From Xylographa opegraphella (lineage: Eukaryota), in contig JALDZX010000054.1 of the NCBI GenBank assembly GCA_022813865.1, positions 1 to 64,000 on the forward strand: DNA of 64,000 nt. Reading direction: 5' to 3'. Below, in pieces: positions 24,838 to 37,295 of this stretch. Each line of letters starts with the position of its first letter. The stretch's first letter is position 1. The translations under genes were made by a program, and so were the position numbers. The notes beneath the pieces were generated by a model, which had not been told where the DNA came from, did no database searches, and saw nothing but the letters and a program-made list of their open reading frames with translations.

Positions 24838-24968
24838 GCTTCGAGTACTTTATACACTTGAACAACAATCATCAGTCTTCGAGTACTTCATACACTTGAA
24901 CAACAATCATCACTCTTGAAGCACTTCACATACTTGAACAACAATCATCAGTCTTCGATCACTTCATA
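24838..24968. repeat. 38-bp tandem repeat, about 3.4 copies
   Basis: ttcgagtacttcatacacttgaacaacaatcatcagtc-like units at about 24840, 24878, 24916 and 24954. Confidence 0.88.
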
Positions 24969-25149
24969 GACCTGGTCACACCAGCACTTCACATCTTGAA
25001 CACACACTTCAACATCATGGGTACGAGCGAAATGGCCTTTGCTCATCATCATCAACCTCGTCGTCACCTTCCAACTATCAGTCCTTGGCTTCGACATCGT
25101 CACCGGAGATATCAGTCATACTATTGAACCTCCTCAAAACCGGCTTCAG

Positions 25150-25870
25150 TTACACGACTGTCGCCAACTACCAAACATCACTGTCAATAATATCTGTCAT
25201 TACTATCGTCAACATCAGGCTTTACTATCGCCACTTCAGGCATCACTATCGCCAACATCAGGCACATCATCGTCAACATCAGGCATCATTAGCACTAATA
25301 TTCGACATTGCTATCGTCAATATCAGACAGCACTATCGTCAACTCTAAACATCACTGTTACCAATATATACTATCGTCAGCATCAGACATCACTGTCGCC
25401 AACGTCAGGCATTACTATCGCCAAAGTCAGGCATTACTATCGCCATCATCAGGCATATCGTCGCCAACATCAGGCAGCATTGTCGCCAATAATCGACACT
25501 ACTATCTCCAATATCAGACATTACTGTCGCTAACTTCAAATATCACCAATATTTGTCTTTACTATTGTCAACATTACACATCATGGTCGCCGTCATCAGG
25601 CATCATTGTCGTCAATATTCGACATTACTATCTCCAATATCAGACATCACTGTCGCCAAAAATTCGCTCGATCATTGATACTAGAAAATGACCTTCTCCC
25701 GAAACTCTCCAGTTCCGCTCTTGTCGGCATTCTGAAGACAAGTTTGTTCTTTAAGAGCTTATGGCTACCCACAGCCGGCTTCAGATACATTACTGCCGCC
25801 AATATTCGTCCTTACTATCGTCAATAATCCGACATCACTGTCGGCAACATCAGACATCACTGTCGCAAGA
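25150..25870. repeat. Degenerate ~22-bp minisatellite array (consensus ~cactatcgccaacatcaggcat), roughly 25-30 units with an interruption
   Basis: Recurrent actatcgtcaacatcaggcat / cactgtcgccaacgtcaggcat / tactatcgccaaagtcaggcat units. Confidence 0.85.
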
Positions 25871-26089
25871 AAATCACACTTCCATTGCTACTATCTAGCC
25901 TTGAAGTTTTCTCAACTTTCTTCCTCTGGCCGGTCTGGAACCATAAATGTTCATTCAGTCCTAAGGGTACCTACATCACAGCTTCGCGCACGTCGTCGTC
26001 GACAGCCAAGTTCAACCCTCAGTTCACTTCGAGATCGTCGTCACACCTTCAGCATCAAACATACATACCATCGTCGCCGCTAACAACGG

Positions 26090-26510
26090 ATCGACTCAAT
26101 TATCCTCACGAGCTCCCACTGCATCGTTGCCAGCCGTCGAGGACCAGGTCAATGGTTCTCACCAGTTTCGACTACATAGAAAATCACTCTTCGATCGATA
26201 AACATCTAATCTCGTCCTCGAATTTCTTAATCCCCTTTCCTGAGCGGTCCGGAACTACCTTTACTCTTCTAACACCTACGGGTACCTATAAACATTGTCG
26301 CCATCGAGCACGGACCTACTCAACGGTCCTTACAAACATCGACTACATCGTGGCTTTTCAACTTGAACTCACTCAACAATCCTTATCAGCTTCGGCCATA
26401 TCGTTGCTATCGAATAAACTATTTAATAAACCTCACCAGCTTCGACTACATCGTCGCCGTTTACAATGGACCCACTCAATGGTCCTCACCAGCTTCGACC
26501 ACATCCTCTC
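26090..26510. repeat. Dispersed degenerate repeat (actcaatggtcctcaccagcttcgactacatcgt-like), about 6 copies
   Basis: Related copies near 26094, 26148, 26318, 26371, 26425 and 26474. Confidence 0.7.
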
Positions 26511-27359
26511 CACTTTACACCTCCGGCTTCACGCTCCAGGTCAAAGACGGGCCTCACTCCGCAGCCTAACAGCCAACATACATCCAGTCGTCGGCCCTCC
26601 ACCGCACATACACCATACTCACCTTCGTGAACACTCAACATCGATATACACCATATTATCTTCACATAACCGACGCTCTCCACTTCCGCCGTCATACTCC
26701 AGGATATAGCCAAGGCTCACTCTCCAGTCTGACGGCCTACAGACATCTAACGGTCAGGCGTCCAGCCGATAGATACCATAACCATCCTCTTCGCCACCAA
26801 ACATCAACTTCCACATCATGCCTCTCCAAATGCAGCTACCAGCATCTCCAGCACCCAGCCTCGGCCGTTCCGTCGGCACTCGCAAGCAGTATGGGAGAGG
26901 GGGGAGAAGGGGGGGAAAGCGGGATCAAGGGAAGAACGAGCGGAGGACAGAGCGTCATGGGAGGATCAGGGGACGACATCGAAGGATAGGCTGAGGCAGG
27001 GAGGAATCAATTCGGGTGGGCTGTCTGGGTGTCTGCAGCAGGGAGAGACTTGTGTGCTGGATCTTGAGGAGGTAGATAGGTTGGAGCATATCTGGAGATG
27101 AAGATGAATCGGAATCTCAAACTTCAGTTTCACGTCTCCCGTCTGTGATGCACTCGTGACTCCGTCCTCGTATACTCGTGACTTTGCTTTCGTATACCTA
27201 AAATTCCACCCTCGTATAATGTGCATTTTCGTCCTTCTATATTCATCACTCCGATCCCGTAGAATTCATAACTTCATGCCTGCATCCTCATGACTTCGTT
27301 TCCGTGCCTTTGTTGCTCCATTCTGACGACTTCATTTGTATATATCTACAACGCCGTCG

Positions 27360-27450
27360 ATGTACATTCACGACTCCGTCCTGGTACATCCTCGTACATT
27401 CACGACTCCGTCCTGGTACATTCTCGTACATCCACGAATCCGTCCTCGCA
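27360..27450. repeat. 32-bp tandem repeat x~3, with diverged copies extending upstream to about 27150
   Basis: gtacattcacgactccgtcctggtacat units at 27362, 27394 and 27426. Confidence 0.88.
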
Positions 27451-29797
27451 TCCCATTCCAGCCCAAGGCAGGTGTCTGGCGATGGTTTCAGGGGTGGATT
27501 GAGCATAAAGCGACTTTTCGGCATTAAAGAAAAGGATCGTTTGAGGAAACCACTTGTGACCACACAAAGTAAGTTCACACTACCAAAGGATATTCACCTG
27601 TGCCGGCGCATCCACCATCGCATGTCACCCGTGCCCTGCGCCCGTGCCGCAAGCGTGGGGACGAAGCTGCAGCTTTGGCGGGTCGGCAGCCGGAGTGGGA
27701 CGCTGCAGTCAGCCCGTTCCTGCATGCCTTCACGCCTGGTGGCAAGGACAGCCTCGATGCATAAGGTATCCTATCTCAGCCAGGGGAGCAGCAGCAGCGC
27801 TTTGCCAATGCCGAGTGAAGGTCGCCCCTTTGCAGAGCCCGGTGCTCGGTTCTGACGTGATGGATGACCAACACTGCTGTAGTAGCCTGTGAGGTGGCTT
27901 CTTCTTGGCCTCAATAAGCACAGATTATTCATTGGGAAGCTGTTGGAGGCGGAGGTGGAGGCGAAGGCACATTGGTCGAGGGTGGGTGGGACGGCGTCTC
28001 CTAGGGCTAGTCTAGAGACCTTTAGCCGAGAAAACTCGAAGTTCTACCTAGTACATATGCGCGGGCGCACTGGAACATTGGGGGAGGCGAGAGGTGTGCC
28101 GGATAGGCGATCGGAATGCCAGTCAGAACATGCAGTGGGAGTTCGTGCGACACCAGCTGTACTGTGGTACGTCGTTCGTACCGGCGAGCTGTGGTGTTTC
28201 AAGACTTCATGCTTGGTGTTGCGAATCAAAACACCTCCGGTTGTAGCACGAGAAACGCATGTGCTGATAAATGCAGATTCGGGCTGACACATACGTGCAT
28301 GCTCTAGCGGAGGGGACGCCACACCAGTCACAGCGCAGTCTCACGTCATTCAGGATCAGCTCCGTTCTCACTGCTCCGTATTTGACGGATGATCATTCAT
28401 TGTGATTGATCGCGCCGTATATCAGGTAGCGAGAGCTGGATGCTCGAGGCGGCGATTGGCCCACCCGTAGCATATTGGCCACGCTTCCTTGCTCCCACGT
28501 TGCTCCAATGCACGCACTCCATCCAAGCCGCACGCTCTCCCGCCCGAGTCTCCGCGGCCACGCTGATTGGCACCGCAATAGTGAGTTGGAGAGTAGAGAG
28601 CAGAGAGACCGAACGAGGCTGACCAACATGAAAAGCCAGATCTAAGGTCCACCACATGTCACCGTTGTTTCACCGAACAATAACCGAAGCAGCCAGACTC
28701 GAACCCATGCCTGTTTGCCACGAGGGTGGACATCCTGCGCCCTGCTGATCCCGATCGTCGAGGAGTCCCCTACAGCGTGTCTTAAGGTGCGGGTTGGGAT
28801 GGATTGATTCGTGATCGTCCAGATCTCAAACATGACGAGATCAGAGCGAGGTTGATGATCTGAAGCAAAACCTCCGCCCTCGGTTGCGTGTGTGCACGGT
28901 TCCGAAGGAGGTAAGAGAGGACAGGCAAGGACAAGCAACTACAAGCATCAACGACAAACGCCATTCGCTCCAGGCCGTCCATGAGTAGCTCGTAGTAGTG
29001 TGGAGGTACGCCAGCTCTCATGCCCTTTGTTCCCACGATCGGCATTTCCATCCCCGTTCCAGCCTCGTCTGCGCTCAAGCTGCTGGTCATCATACCGATG
29101 GAGTGACCTGTAACCGGTATCTGTTCTTGACCGTGCACTGATCTGCCCGTACTCGAGAGTGCGACGTCGACGGCACCACTGTCTCGAAGATGCCCGTCAA
29201 CCGTCACATCGGCACCAACGCTCCAATCTTCCCACAACCTGGAGGATGACGGCGCTAGAAAGAATAGAGAAGGTCCGGCTCGTCGCCCGCGAGCTCGCGA
29301 CCGCAAACTGCATAGTCTTGCTCCTCCGCCTCAGGCCTCTACGCACGATGATTCGCTCCCAGCTTCAGCCCTCGACATTACTTGGTCGGACTCTTTCTTC
29401 AATCCGTCGGCGTCCCCTGCTAGCCATCCGACTAGCATGGACGAGTCGGTAAGCTTTGGCCGGACTCCGTGCTACGATGGGAGAGTAAAAGGCATGACAC
29501 GAACGTTCTGCGGCGTAGCGACCACAAGATTCGTCCCTGGTGTGGGATAAGACTGACAATTGCCATGCGGAGTCGTCCGAGCCTGGCCCGGTAATCAGCT
29601 CACCGAATCCTCCACTATTGCCTTTCACTGCCTCGGAAGACCGACTGTCCACCAACTACTCAACCTCTTCGACTTCGCATCGCACGCTTCCTCTGCACTC
29701 CAAGTCGCCATGACCTTGAACACCATCGCTAGGACTGCCGCTTGATGCCTCTTCGTCCGTCCTCCATCACCGTACTTCTGCTGCGACCATAGTCGTC

Positions 29798-31281
29798 ATG
29801 GCCAACACCGCCGGTTTGCTGCCACTGCTCACCCCCGATGCTCCGGGCCTCGATATCAATGCCAGCGACGTTCCCAAGATCATCGCCGTCAGCGTCGTCC
29901 TCATCGTCCTCTCCACCGCCGCCGTCGTCCTCCGTTTCATTTCCCGCATGCTGTCCAAAGCTGGCTTGTGGTGGGATGATTGGGTCATCGTGGCTGCATT
30001 GGTAACGACCGAATGGAACGATCGGCTGGGATATCCTGAACTGATGCGACGCAGGTGATGACATGGGGCGCCTGTCTGCTGATGATTACGAGTACGTCCG
30101 ATATGAAAGAACAATCTTCGGGATTGGCATACGCTGACACGAATTGGCTATAGCCACTCAGCATGGATTTGGACGACACATGGCGATAGAAGGCTCGTTC
30201 GAAGACAGAGTGGGGGCTGCCAATTACTGGTTTAAATCATTGTATGGCTGTTCCCGAAAAATTCCTCCACGGTATCCATTCTCTGACCCTGAGTCCAGCT
30301 ATGCATACGAAACCGTCTATACCATCGCCATCACCCTCGCCAAATACTCCATCCTCCTCTTTTACTCCCGCATCTTCAAAGAGCACTACTTCAAAATTGC
30401 GTTGTGGGTGACGGCGGGCATTGTGACGGCGTGGTTCGTTGCCATCGAACTCAGTGTGCTCCTCGAATGTATCCCCATCCATTCCTTGTGGGATTTTGGT
30501 CCTGGCCATTGTATCAATCTCAAGGCCTTCTTCCTCGGGTCGGGCATCCCGAACGTCATCCTGAACGCCGTCATTCTGGTATTGCCACTGCCCATGATTT
30601 GGACGCTACAGATCGAGAGATCTCAGAAGATTGCGCTTTCCAGTGTGTTTCTGCTGGGTGGATTGTGAGTGAATTCCCGTCACGAATGGCGAGCGTCTAT
30701 AGTACTGATGGTACCAGTATCGTTATCGTCTCGATTGTTCGGGTGGTGATCCTGAACGGCCTGGAAGAAGTCGATATCACCTGCAAGTACCCCTTGATCA
30801 GGATGGACAGGTTGGACCAGTCTAACATGACATTTCAGGGGAATTCGTCAACGCTGGTTTATGGACCAGCGTCGAACCGGCCATCGGTGTCTGTTCCGCT
30901 TGCCTTCCGATCATGCGATCGCTATTTATCAGGAGGCGTAATACGTCGAATGTCGCCTCTCCCCGCAGTGAAGCCAAGCGTTCCGTTCACTCGGCGCTGT
31001 CCGTCCGATCGACGAAGATGCCTGACAAAGAGCACCGGGTCGGAAGTTTCACCAGCCACATGCCATTGAACGAGCTGTCTGCCGATGGCGAGCTGCCATG
31101 GGGCAATCACGTGTCGATCTACAGCACCAGCCGGACCAGTGACCACGAAGATATAGCTATGGACGATCTTCCGATCCAACGGGAGGAATTACCGGGTCAG
31201 CAGAGCGAACCGAATGCGAAAGCCGAGGGATTCCGGAAGCACAAGAAAAACAAATCCAGCGTCGCGGAGCTTTACGGGTAA
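29798..31281 (+). CDS. PTH11-like (fungal rhodopsin-domain) seven-TM integral membrane protein without CFEM domain; introns ~30002-30054, 30092-30152, 30242-30298, 30665-30717, 30783-30838
   Basis: VVLRFISR..GLWWDDWVIVAAL, HGFGRH, ITLAKYSILLFYSRIF, ECIPIHSLWD..GHCI, ILVLPLPMIWTLQ..QKIALSSVFLLG, WTSVEPAIGVCSACLPIMRSL. Confidence 0.9.
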
Positions 31282-32019
31282 GCACCGCTGGACCGAGGGT
31301 CGCTCCTTTTCTCTTCCGGACGGTACCTCGACCGGGACCGATTGTACATATTCTTTAGCAATGTATATACGACTGTGACGGGCGCATCCGTTGCGCAAAT
31401 AGGCTATGAAGCATTTAGAGAGAGAAACCATAATGAAGGCCACGGCCAGGACGATTGAACATGGGTAGTATTTTGGGCATTTGAGCGGTTTGGCATCGCA
31501 CCCTGAGGAACACACCGGGGACAGCAGCGACGTTATCGTGTGCAGAGTGCTGGTGTTGCTGCGTGTACTCATAACGCGCGGCACTTCAGGAAGACTGGAG
31601 CCAGTATTGGTCACGGAGTCCCTCTACATCTGGATGCCCCCAGCACTCACCACCGCGGAACTCATGGCTATGGGCAGCGCTCCACCTCGACATACCGGAG
31701 CAGCTGCCTCGACGCACTGATCGCATCCGCCATCGGGCTCTGCAGCTTCTTCGGCTATTGGGTCAGGAGGACCTACCCACTGTACCTGCCCATAAGGCAG
31801 CACCGGTCCCCAACTCCTACATTCACGATGGCGGCTGTCTGCATAGCGGGGGTATATGGTGCGGGAGGGTGAGGGCGATGGCTGCTAGCGTTGTATATAT
31901 TCAGATACAGCCCAAAGCAGAAAAGACATTGTCCGCCGTGTGTTTTGCCGTGATGGTTGCTTCGGATGCCGTGTGGTCTGTGATGCTATCAGGCGTATGG
32001 GGCTTCGTGGTTTTCGAGT

Positions 32020-32345
32020 GCGTGTGCTCTCTGTGCTGCTATCCCTGGCCCGTGCCTCTCCCCTGTCGAAGATATGTCTCCGCTGCCATACTTTATCGTT
32101 TTTATTTCAGCGATCGTACCGTTCGTGGTCGTTCGGTGCTGTTCCCTTTCCCCCTGCCGTATTGTCGACACGGGAATATATACGTGCGTGTGCTCCTGTG
32201 CTGCTATCCCCGGCCCATGCCTCTCCCCGGTCGAAGACACGCGTTCGCTGCTATGCTGCACCGCTTCGGCCCAGTGACCGCCCGCGTCGTGTTCCTTCCC
32301 CCCTGCCCTTGTTGTCGATAAGTCAAGGGAATGTATACATACCCA
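32020..32345. repeat. Imperfect ~165-bp tandem duplication
   Basis: gtgctgctatccc(t/c)ggccc(g/a)tgcctctcccc(t/g)gtcgaaga at about 32033 and 32198, each followed by a related ttcc..ccccctgcc..ttgtcga..gggaat(a/g)tatac segment. Confidence 0.8.
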
Positions 32346-32788
32346 TCTACACCACAGAGCGGGGAGGGCACAGCCGCGAAGCATGTACTTGGTAAGATAG
32401 ATAAGATAGGTAGATACTGCCAGTATACCACGCTCCGAAAAAAACAATCACCCCCCCCCCCCCCACCGCTGCTCAATCCTACGAATATATATGTATGTAT
32501 ATTTCTCCAACCACGCCCCTCCCGCCCGCTCACCACCACCGCCGCGTGTACACACACGCACATCCGCCTTCCCATACCCGAGGACTGACCTAGCTAGCTA
32601 CCTACCCATCCATCCATTCCATCACCCCTGCCCTACGTTCCGTAGCGATTGCACCCTGTCACATGGTCCTTTACGCCCGGCGGGGCGCGTCCTAGATGGT
32701 TCTTCGGTATGTGCTGGGATAGATCCGTCGCAGCGGGCTGGGATGGGGTCTCGACAACAGGGCGGGGGGGGTATGGAAGGGCATTTGT

Positions 32789-32821
32789 GTCACTGTCACT
32801 GTCACTGTCACTGTCACTGTC
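32789..32821. repeat. (cactgt)n hexamer microsatellite
   Basis: Directly visible, 5 units. Confidence 0.9.
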
Positions 32822-34637
32822 GCTGGGATCGAGTACTGCAACAGAGGGGGGGTGGGAGACATATCCGATAACCGAGCGCAGGTAAGAAAGTCGGGTCGTA
32901 GATCCCCCCTCCCCTCCCCCCCTCCGCCGCGACCCGTGCGAAAATATTTTGGTATGTGGTTGGGGAATGGGAGGCCTGGCTTCCTTTCCCCACCCAGGAT
33001 AACCCCAGTGGCAAGCTCTGCATCTCGCATCTGATGGGGAACACGCTTTTTTGGTGGGTTTGGAGTGTGCGCCGGATACGCATCTTCATCAAACCCAAAG
33101 CGCTCGCTCTTCCCCCGCCTTTTCCCTACGTTTGCTGGGGCCGTGCGTCTTGGAGGTTAGGTAGTAGGGGGGTATTGGGGGATAATGGAAACGGTGTTTG
33201 GGGGGGGGGGGGGTGGTCGTGTGAGATTGGTTTTTGATGTTTGCCTGCCTTTGATGGATGCTTGTTTATGGAAGGCGTTTTATTGATAACATGTTTCGTT
33301 TTCACCGCTCGACGGGATGCACTTCCACCCAGCCTGCGTTCGTATCGTTTTCTCCAATTACTTGTAAACAATATTTGATTTCATCCACTCTGCCTTCGGT
33401 TGTATGGGCAGTCTTTGCCCCTCCGATCCACTAAACTCAGGTCCTGTTCTAACCGTAGGCTGAAGACTTGCCACAGTAGACGCCGTCTCCGAAAGCCATT
33501 CTTGCCTTCTATTGGACAATTGACACTTTTTAAGGGGGGGGGATCGAGGGAGTGGGATCCGAGGAGCTCGAGACGTTGTCGCCAGGGTCGCTGGTCTGGT
33601 CCATCAAGGCGTTCTCGGCAGGTAGTTCCCCATAGGCAGGACAGCTTCGTCACGGATCATCAAGGGTCGGTGATCTTTAATGTCCGTGTCGACATTCCAG
33701 CCTCCGTTGCTAGCCGTGTCTTTGACTGACCGACGGCAACGCACTGGACGAGCGTCAGCGAAGCACAAACAGATCGCCCCCCCCCCATTTCCTCCCTCCC
33801 TGTATCATTCCTCGTTTCGTTTCGTTTGGCCGATCGGACCCGATGGCAAGAACCCACCGCACGGTGGTACTTCCCACCAGTCTTCCAAACCATCGCGTCT
33901 TCCAGCCATCGGCGTCGGTTTTCATTCACCCTCGCCAACGCAAGCTCACATGGCCAACGCCGCTGCCATGCCTGCCCTCATCACTCAAGAGCTCAGCACT
34001 CAATGCATTGTTCGACGAGCCAGAGCCATAGGCCGGTCGCACAAACGCCCTGCTGGAGGCTGATATATTACCGGTCCCCCTGGAAGTAAAGTCTTGCCAT
34101 TCGATGATGAGGAACCCAGAACCCTCTCCACGATCCAGCTCCCGCTTTGGAACAGGAATTCGCAAGCTGCGTGCTGCGAGTGATCAGTCCACCCCCCCCA
34201 AACAAACCCGCACTCCTCACCACCCCCAACGGAGTCCATCCACCCCAAGTCCCAAGCCGCGCCTCGCCTCGCCTCTCCACGCAGCCCAGTCTCCCGCGAT
34301 ATTAAACCGCGAGGCTTGTAGTCCCTGTTGCCTATTTATGAAAAGCCGGGTAAAAGAGTCGAGGAATCCACCTCGTAACGCTCCCCTCCCCCCCTCCGTA
34401 CGTAGTGCTCGAGACATGTAGCGTCCCGTCCTTGTTCTCCAGCTTGCACTCCTTAATTCACTCGTCTACGTGCCCGGGAGCTCGCCAGTCACGCCCCACC
34501 GCGGGCTCTTGCGTTCGTGTTTTGCAGAGTTGCGTGCTGCGGCGCTTTTCGTACTGCAGGAGCGGGACTTTCGGTCGGGGACAGCGAAGGGGGGAGGGGG
34601 GCGCGGGAATGGAAGATATGAAGGGATGGAACAGGGA

Positions 34638-34937
34638 GCTTTCGAACTCCGGACAGAAAAGCGCAGGAAAGAACCAGGGCAATGTAAATCGAAATCAGCC
34701 TCTGCCCAACGCCCAGAGTTCAGTCACAATGCGAGAAGAAAAACAGCTTTAATACACCAAAGAAATCAAAAAAAAAAAGGTATATGCAAGAACTACCGTC
34801 AACGCTATCAATCATATATAAGCGCCAACCTTGAGAGATAAAAATATTTCAAAAAAAAATATGCTTTCGAACTCAGGACCAAAAGCGCAGGAACAACCAG
34901 ACAATGTAAATAGGATCAGCCTCCACCCAACGCCCAG
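34638..34937. repeat. Imperfect ~78-bp direct repeat, two copies (34638-34716, 34863-34937)
   Basis: gctttcgaactc.ggac..aaaagcgcaggaa..aaccag..caatgtaaat....atcagcctc..cccaacgcccag in both copies. Confidence 0.85.
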
Positions 34938-35094
34938 CCTCACAACCCAAAATAAAAAGCAGCTCCAAACACCAAAAGAACACAAAAAAAGATAGAAAAT
35001 TAAATAAAAAAGGAAAAAAAAAACAATGGCAGTCACGCAAAAGTCAATCATGTATAAACCTCATCCCTTTACTCCACAGCCCCTACTATCTTAC

Positions 35095-35115
35095 AGAGAG
35101 AGAGAGAGAGAGAGA

Positions 35116-35147
<32 letters not shown>
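35095..35147. repeat. (GA)n microsatellite
   Basis: Directly visible, with one interruption. Confidence 0.95.
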
Positions 35148-35359
35148 ATCAAACCGCCACCCCACACACAGACACACACACCGCCATAAAACCACCCAAC
35201 CCATCCTCTCCACGAAAGGCCAAGACCTCCCACCACCACCACAAAAAGGATATGCACGGTGAGAAAGAAAAAAGGTCTCTCCAATTCCTCAAAAACGTCA
35301 CTGTAGATCAAAAAGGTGGACGAGGGCCAAAAAAAAACACTTTAAACCGACAGGGATTT

Positions 35360-35437
35360 CTATTGACGCTGCCTATTGACGCTGCCTATTGACGCTGCCT
35401 ATTGACGCTGCCTATTGACGCTGCCTATAGACGCTGT
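35360..35437. repeat. 13-bp tandem repeat (ctattgacgctgc) x5 plus one variant unit
   Basis: Directly visible. Confidence 0.95.
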
Positions 35438-35766
35438 GGCCGCTAAGAAAGAAAAAAGAAAAAAAAAGGTTACAAGGGTATATATCCAATGATGAATGTA
35501 CAAAAAAAAAGGCCCGATGTTCTTCCTCATGAACCAGGGAACCTCAGGGACCGATAAGCGGATGTACACATCTCCCCCCAGTGTCTGTCTCAATCCCATC
35601 AATGCCACAAATCCGGTAACAATGCCGCCACCCGGTTTTCGTGGAACGATGACTCCGCCATGGAGGTAGGCCGATTCCACCGGTACCAAAAGTCGACTTC
35701 TGCATAGCCCACAGATGCTTTCGACAGTCAATAGCTGCAAGCCAATTCTGAGCTGGGCGCTCTCGA

Positions 35767-37295
35767 CTAATCTTCGTCGTCGTCGCCAGTATTTCTGCCT
35801 ACCACCCTAGGCCCGTCCTTCCGTATGGGGATCTTGATGCCTTGCGTTGCGAAACACTTGCTTAATCCGGTGCTTTCGATGACTCCGGGAAACCGCTTCG
35901 CACTGAAGACTTGGAACACATTGGAGAATGTAGACGCGAGGACTGGGGCCGAACCGTTGTTGAGATTTTGGGGAGCGGTGGGCGAGCCAACGTTGACAAA
36001 GTTCATTTTCAGCCTAGACATTGTTAATATCGGGGAATGCATCAAGCTCACGCGGTCAAAGAAAACTGACCGGAAAGAACCTTCGGTGCGGACGCTAAGG
36101 TCTTGCAGGATAAACCAGATTCCCATTGTGTTATCCGGGTCCGTGAGCTTGAAGGCGCTCACGCACAAGCTTCCAATGAGATTGCGGGTGAACATTCCAC
36201 TCGGTGCTGCTCTCGGGTCAGCTGCCGGGGGTGCCAACTGCTGAGGAGACATCAGAGGGCCCTGACCCTGGCCCTGGCCCTGGAGGCCGATGTTGGAGGA
36301 TTGGTAATAGTTCGTGGGAGTAATAGGGGTCCCGCTCGGAGTGGTGTAATAACTCTGCGCTTGTTGATGTTGCGGTGGCGGTGCCATGGGAGCTTGCTGA
36401 TACAGGTTTTGTGAGTGCTGGTACGCTTGGGAGGGATGCTGTTGGTACGGGTCCGATGTCACATATCCATATTGAGGGAGATGGTGTGGTGCTTGCTGTT
36501 GATGCGGCGGAGGGGGGCCGGAAGGTTGTCCGTAGTTTGATGTCAAGCCCACATGAACCTGCGTCATGGGCGGACCGAACGGAAAGGAGGGAGGCGTGGG
36601 CGGCGGTGGGGGATAGGAGGACGACGTTGCAGCCGAGATTGACGGCGAAGTGGCCGAGTGACGCACCAGGTTCACTTCCTTTGTGCCATCCGCCGACCAT
36701 AGGTCTACGGTGAGGATGTAGTATGAGGTGTCGATCTCGCTTCGGTTCCCCGAACGTCAGTTATTAACATCAGAGAAAGGGTTCCGCGTTCCGTCCAAAG
36801 TGGCGGGTTGGGAACGCGATATGTATCAAATTCACACTGACCTGATGTCGATCGGCTTGTTCGTTGCAGCGTCCCGGACCATCAGCCTGATGCAGGGTGG
36901 CGGTGTTATTGGCCGTCGATCCTGTGCGTTACCGCTGACTTTAGCCGTTTGCTACCACGCTCATGGGACCTCACATCAAGGCAAACGTACCTTGTCTCCG
37001 AAACCACACATGCGCGCTCGGATGGGCTGCTGGACGACATCCAGACTACGCGGGTGGTCTGGTCAGCATGGAGCACCCTCACCGGCCTATGCAATGAGCG
37101 CTCTCACCTGTATATCCTGCCTCCCTCCATGGCGCTGGTCGAGAGCGGTGCCTGGGGTGAACGCGGGCCCGTGGGCATGACGGTCGCGGTCGCGGACGGT
37201 GGAGCGGAGTAAGGAGTCGAGCGCTGTGTAGGCAGACGCTCGACCGACAGTGGGGGTGGAACATGGGTCTGTCGTTCTGGCTGAGCGACGTACAT
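35767..37295 (-). CDS. velB: Velvet-family regulator VelB (split velvet domain), multi-exon
   Basis: Spliced N-part GRIY/LDVVQQPIRARMCGFGDK/DRRPITPPPCIRL..VDLWSADGTKEVNLVRHSATSPSIS, a Pro/Gln-rich insertion, then GMFTRNLIGSLCVSAFKL..WFILQDLSVRTEG..FQVFSAKRFPGVIESTGLSKCFATQGIKIPIRKDG. The split domain is characteristic of VelB. Confidence 0.93.

Noticed and set aside
25039..25827. Overlapping His/Tyr/Arg/Gln- or Ser/Thr-rich ORFs; also considered as a CRISPR-like array
   Set aside because: The ~22-nt period shifts frame each unit. There are no unique spacers between identical repeats, the context is eukaryotic and no cas genes are present.
25885..26709. 274-aa ORF with repeated SMVLTSFDYI-like motif
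   Set aside because: It starts at a non-ATG codon and other copies of the DNA repeat fall in different frames. The G-poor strand composition makes long stop-free frames likely by chance.
27300..29700. Several 100-180 aa ORFs upstream of the PTH11-like gene, and clustered ATTGG/CCAAT motifs at about 28450-28570
   Set aside because: No recognisable motifs, consistent splice pattern or codon bias. The short motifs are not distinguishable from chance by eye.
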